From positions 1-39,507 of IMG/VR virus record IMGVR_UViG_3300037851_001353: 39,507 nucleotides of DNA; one strand, written 5' to 3'. The notes under the pieces were generated by a model, which did no database searches, was not told the origin of the DNA, and was given only the letters and a program-made list of their open reading frames with translations. This document shows, piece by piece, positions 36,598 to 39,507 of this stretch (position 1 is its first letter; every line of letters begins with the position of its first letter). The stretch is from a virus. Its lineage: Duplodnaviria; Caudoviricetes. A program made the translations under genes and the position numbers.

Positions 36598-38022
36598 CTA
36601 TATGTTAAATTTTTTAGTCCAATCGTGTTTGTTTTGGAATTCATTAAAATCATCTTCTATTTTATAGGCTCTTTTCTCTGAAGTCAAGAGCTTAGCATGT
36701 ATCATTTCATTTGTATCATAGTTTGCGGCGCCTAGGAGGTATCGAAAACAATCGATTAGGTGATCATTCTTCTTAGGGAATCGACCAAAATCATCACATA
36801 TATAATTTTCCATTTCAAATAGAAGGGGTTCGCAGACATCTGATATAAGGACCATGTTGTGTAGTAGTATGTCTTTGATAAGAGAGATACCGTCTTCTTT
36901 TTTATGGTGCGCTTTATTTGTTGGCTGAAAGTATATGTTGTATTGATTAAGCATTTCGTTATTAGCCCAAGCAGCAGCCTCATCAATAACACGAATCCAG
37001 TCATCATTAAGATCACTGTTAGGATATAAAATGTCAATTTTTCTAAAAAGTTCAGGAATAATCTGCATAATTGATGTTTTTTGCTGATTAGTTTCATAGA
37101 TACAGTCTAATAGATATATTTTTTTTGTATAGGGATTTATGCATCCTAGAAGTATGGCAAAACAGGTTGTGGTTCCGGGGTCCATAGAGATGAACCATTC
37201 TAATTTCTTACGATCTTTATGGATTTCTTGCATTAAGTTGTTGTGGTCTTTTACGTGAGTGAAACGAGATAGCATGGGAAAGACCGCTCTTTTACCGCCG
37301 GCAACTAGCTTTCCTTCATATTCTCTAAACCATACGTCCGCTTCGCCTCTAGATAGTAGTTTATTTTTTTCAGCATCTAGCCATTCTTGTGAGATTGTTG
37401 GATTGTCTGTGGTTGGGCGGCACATCCATATTGCATTAGATCTTTGCTTACATTCTTCTGCTAATTGGGTATATTGAGCGTAGTTTTTACTATCTAAGCG
37501 GGGAGGGGTTCCAATTATTAGAAGCGGAGCTTTCTTTACTGCAAGGTTTGGAGCCATACCTTCATGGAATTGAGGATAGAAATCTTTAAATTCATCATAT
37601 ATACAGAGGGATGGTTGCGTTCCTCTATATGCTTCATAGTTATCAGAACCATCAATTTTTATAAAGGAACCGTTTTTAAAGGTTATGCGTAAATCGCTAT
37701 TATCTATTTTGTGTACATATTTATTTGGACCGAAAGACTGTAATCTTCTTTCTGACCATACAATTTCTCTTGCTTGTTTTAAGAAAGGGCAGAAGTAGTA
37801 GCAGGAAGAGCCGGGATTTAAGAGGGCGTGACGCCACAAGAAGTATATAACGAATTCGCTTTTTCCCCATTTACGACCGTTTTGCAGGAATACCGTGTCT
37901 ATATTTCCTTTATTAAAAAATTCTTTGCCGACTGTGAGTTGACCGGAATGGGGTTGCCAGTTTGCGTGGAGATCTTCCATAATCTCTAGGTATAAAAGGT
38001 CATTTTCAGTAATCTGATTCAT
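36598..38022 (-). CDS. terL: Terminase large subunit
   Basis: PHSGQ, GRKWGKS, IYDE and IGTP ATPase motifs; MDPG and DHLIDCFRY nuclease motifs; start likely 38022. Confidence 0.93.
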   Translation of the reverse strand: MNQITENDLLYLEIMEDLHANWQPHSGQLTVGKEFFNKGNIDTVFLQNGRKWGKSEFVIYFLWRHALLNPGSSCYYFCPFLKQAREIVWSERRLQSFGPNKYVHKIDNSDLRITFKNGSFIKIDGSDNYEAYRGTQPSLCIYDEFKDFYPQFHEGMAPNLAVKKAPLLIIGTPPRLDSKNYAQYTQLAEECKQRSNAIWMCRPTTDNPTISQEWLDAEKNKLLSRGEADVWFREYEGKLVAGGKRAVFPMLSRFTHVKDHNNLMQEIHKDRKKLEWFISMDPGTTTCFAILLGCINPYTKKIYLLDCIYETNQQKTSIMQIIPELFRKIDILYPNSDLNDDWIRVIDEAAAWANNEMLNQYNIYFQPTNKAHHKKEDGISLIKDILLHNMVLISDVCEPLLFEMENYICDDFGRFPKKNDHLIDCFRYLLGAANYDTNEMIHAKLLTSEKRAYKIEDDFNEFQNKHDWTKKFNI

Positions 38023-38023
38023 A

Positions 38024-38659
38024 TTAAAAAGGGCAGTTTTGCATATCCGCACTACATTTAAGAACTACGATTTCGTCCGCAGCATCGTGTTTAATAGCTT
38101 CACTACCGTATAACCACCACTCATCTGCAATGCGTTCTTGGTAGGCTTTTAGAGACATTCCTAAACGTTCTGCGCAGGCTTGATCAATTTGTCTTGATAT
38201 TTCTTTAAAGAAACGCATCAGCTCATCTAGTTCCCCCCCAATTTCGCCGTTAGCTCCAACTTTTCCCCTGTGGGACATGAGGACTCCATTTGGAAGGATA
38301 TATCGTGTACCTAGGTGTTGCACGAGAACAAATCCCATGGAGGCAGCAAAGATTGTTATGGTATGAACTGGTCTGTCTAGGGACAGAGCTGTATTTACGA
38401 TATTCATTCCGTCTACTACTGAACCACCAGGTGTGTCTAGTAAAAGATATATTGGTTCTCCGGCAGGTAGTTGTTTATCTAATTTTCTTAGCGTTTCTAC
38501 AACATGAGCAACCGAAGGTCCCATTACTACAGTACTTAGTACTGCGGTGTTGCGTGGGCTAAGAGTTAGAACTGTCGGTTTTGGTTTCTGTGCCTTCATG
38601 TATGCTATTGGGAGGGCTAGAAGGAGAAATGCGCTCAGGAATAATAATAGTTTCTTCAT
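38024..38659 (-). CDS. clpP: ClpP-like (S14) serine protease with N-terminal signal peptide
   Basis: LDTPGGSV, AASMG (Ser), MSH (His) and DEWWL..SEAI; starts MKKLLLFLSAFLLLALPIA; GAGG SD. Confidence 0.88.
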   Translation of the reverse strand: MKKLLLFLSAFLLLALPIAYMKAQKPKPTVLTLSPRNTAVLSTVVMGPSVAHVVETLRKLDKQLPAGEPIYLLLDTPGGSVVDGMNIVNTALSLDRPVHTITIFAASMGFVLVQHLGTRYILPNGVLMSHRGKVGANGEIGGELDELMRFFKEISRQIDQACAERLGMSLKAYQERIADEWWLYGSEAIKHDAADEIVVLKCSADMQNCPF

Positions 38660-39119
38660 TTTTGTCCTCTAATGAGAGAAAGGGATCTACGCGAAGGCGT
38701 TCCTTAAGCTCAATAATGGTTGATGGTTGAGTCGTAGCGTGTATTTCAGTCGGCTTATTATCATCAAGTTTGATTATTTTATCAATTGACTCTAGAATTT
38801 CTGAGATAGCTTTTATTTGGTGTACCTTAAGCTTTTCATCACTTTCTACAAGTCGTTTTAAGGATTTGTCTATTATTTGCAAGGCAGAGTCTGTTATATC
38901 GTTTAAGAGATGTCGTTTATTTTCTGCAACGTATGAGAAATAATCATTTTTAATTACGTCACGCTCAGAACGCCAGCTTCGTTGCACGTAGTAATGTATT
39001 GTTCTTATTGGCAAACCAGTTTCATTGTAAATTTCCGTGGCGTTTTTAAACTCCATGTAGAGTTGTTTTGCACGTTCTAAAAGTTCGGGCGGGTGCCGGA
39101 ATACGGGTGTATTATTCAT
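38559..39119 (-). CDS. terS: Terminase small subunit (HTH)
   Basis: N-terminal HTH (AKQLY..TEIYNETGLPIRTIHYY..W), helical core, upstream of TerL. Confidence 0.65.
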   Translation of the reverse strand: MNNTPVFRHPPELLERAKQLYMEFKNATEIYNETGLPIRTIHYYVQRSWRSERDVIKNDYFSYVAENKRHLLNDITDSALQIIDKSLKRLVESDEKLKVHQIKAISEILESIDKIIKLDDNKPTEIHATTQPSTIIELKERLRVDPFLSLEDKNEETIIIPERISPSSPPNSIHEGTETKTDSSNS

Positions 39120-39324
39120 CTTCGTTTCTTAGTGCCTCGTGTAGGTGTTGGAGATCTTGCATTAAGGAGGAGGCGTCTAGCATATCGTCGCCAGAGTATA
39201 GTCCTCTCATTATTACGTTATTACAGGAAGCTAGGAGATCTAATAACTCTTCTTTACTTAGGATCTGTGTTTTCATCAGAGAAATCTCCTTTTTTAAATC
39301 GCTCGTATGCTGTAAAGCACTCAT
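39112..39324 (-). CDS. Hypothetical protein
   Basis: Overlapping ORF in late operon. Confidence 0.55.
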   Translation of the reverse strand: MSALQHTSDLKKEISLMKTQILSKEELLDLLASCNNVIMRGLYSGDDMLDASSLMQDLQHLHEALRNEDE

Positions 39325-39502
39325 GATTTTCGCCTAGCATTTTCTTAATATCTTCTTCTTTATCTAAAGCCCAAATTTTTTTTCGCATAGCTTTATAGGC
39401 TTTTTGCATCTCTTTTTGAGCTTGTATCTCTTCTTGAGATTCATTTATGGCTAGTGTTAGGGAGGAACAGATAAATCCTTTTAAAGACATGTCTTTAGTC
39501 AT
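39254..39502 (-). CDS. Hypothetical protein
   Basis: ORF at window edge. Confidence 0.55.
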   Translation of the reverse strand: MTKDMSLKGFICSSLTLAINESQEEIQAQKEMQKAYKAMRKKIWALDKEEDIKKMLGENHECFTAYERFKKGDFSDENTDPK

Positions 39503-39507
39503 TTTTT

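Noticed and set aside
14248-39337. Many 60-110 aa + strand ORFs inside the late arm
   Set aside because: Antisense to well-supported structural genes, with no motifs.
1-39507. Stop-codon reassignment, integrase/lysogeny module, tRNA genes
   Set aside because: Core genes are intact under the standard code and gaps are filled by short coupled ORFs; no recombinase, repressor or cloverleaf seen by eye.

Overview
The window looks like most or all of a ~39.5 kb AT-rich tailed dsDNA phage genome with podovirus-like gene order. It has two convergent arms. The + strand arm (1363-13768) carries small envelope-targeted proteins, a DenV-like glycosylase, a membrane-anchored lytic transglycosylase, primase-helicase, RecE-like exonuclease, a DUF5664 nucleotide diphosphohydrolase, a DUF669 SSB-like protein and a family A DNA polymerase; a RusA resolvase gene is inverted within it. 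The - strand arm (39502-13752, probably continuing from 267-1) carries TerS, a signal-peptide ClpP-like protease, TerL, portal, scaffold, major capsid, about a dozen decoration/fibre genes, an M15 endolysin, tail tubular proteins, ejection proteins and holin-like peptides. I saw no integrase, repressor, RNA polymerase, tRNA or CRISPR array. The two large non-coding regions (268-1362, 4231-4703) contain repeated IHF-consensus sites, a shared palindrome, one sigma-54-type promoter match and an iteron-like cluster. The most unusual items are the exported ClpP inside the terminase locus, the envelope-targeted early module, and the PolA with altered motifs B and C next to a dNTP diphosphohydrolase. 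All functional calls come from reading motifs by eye, not from database searches.
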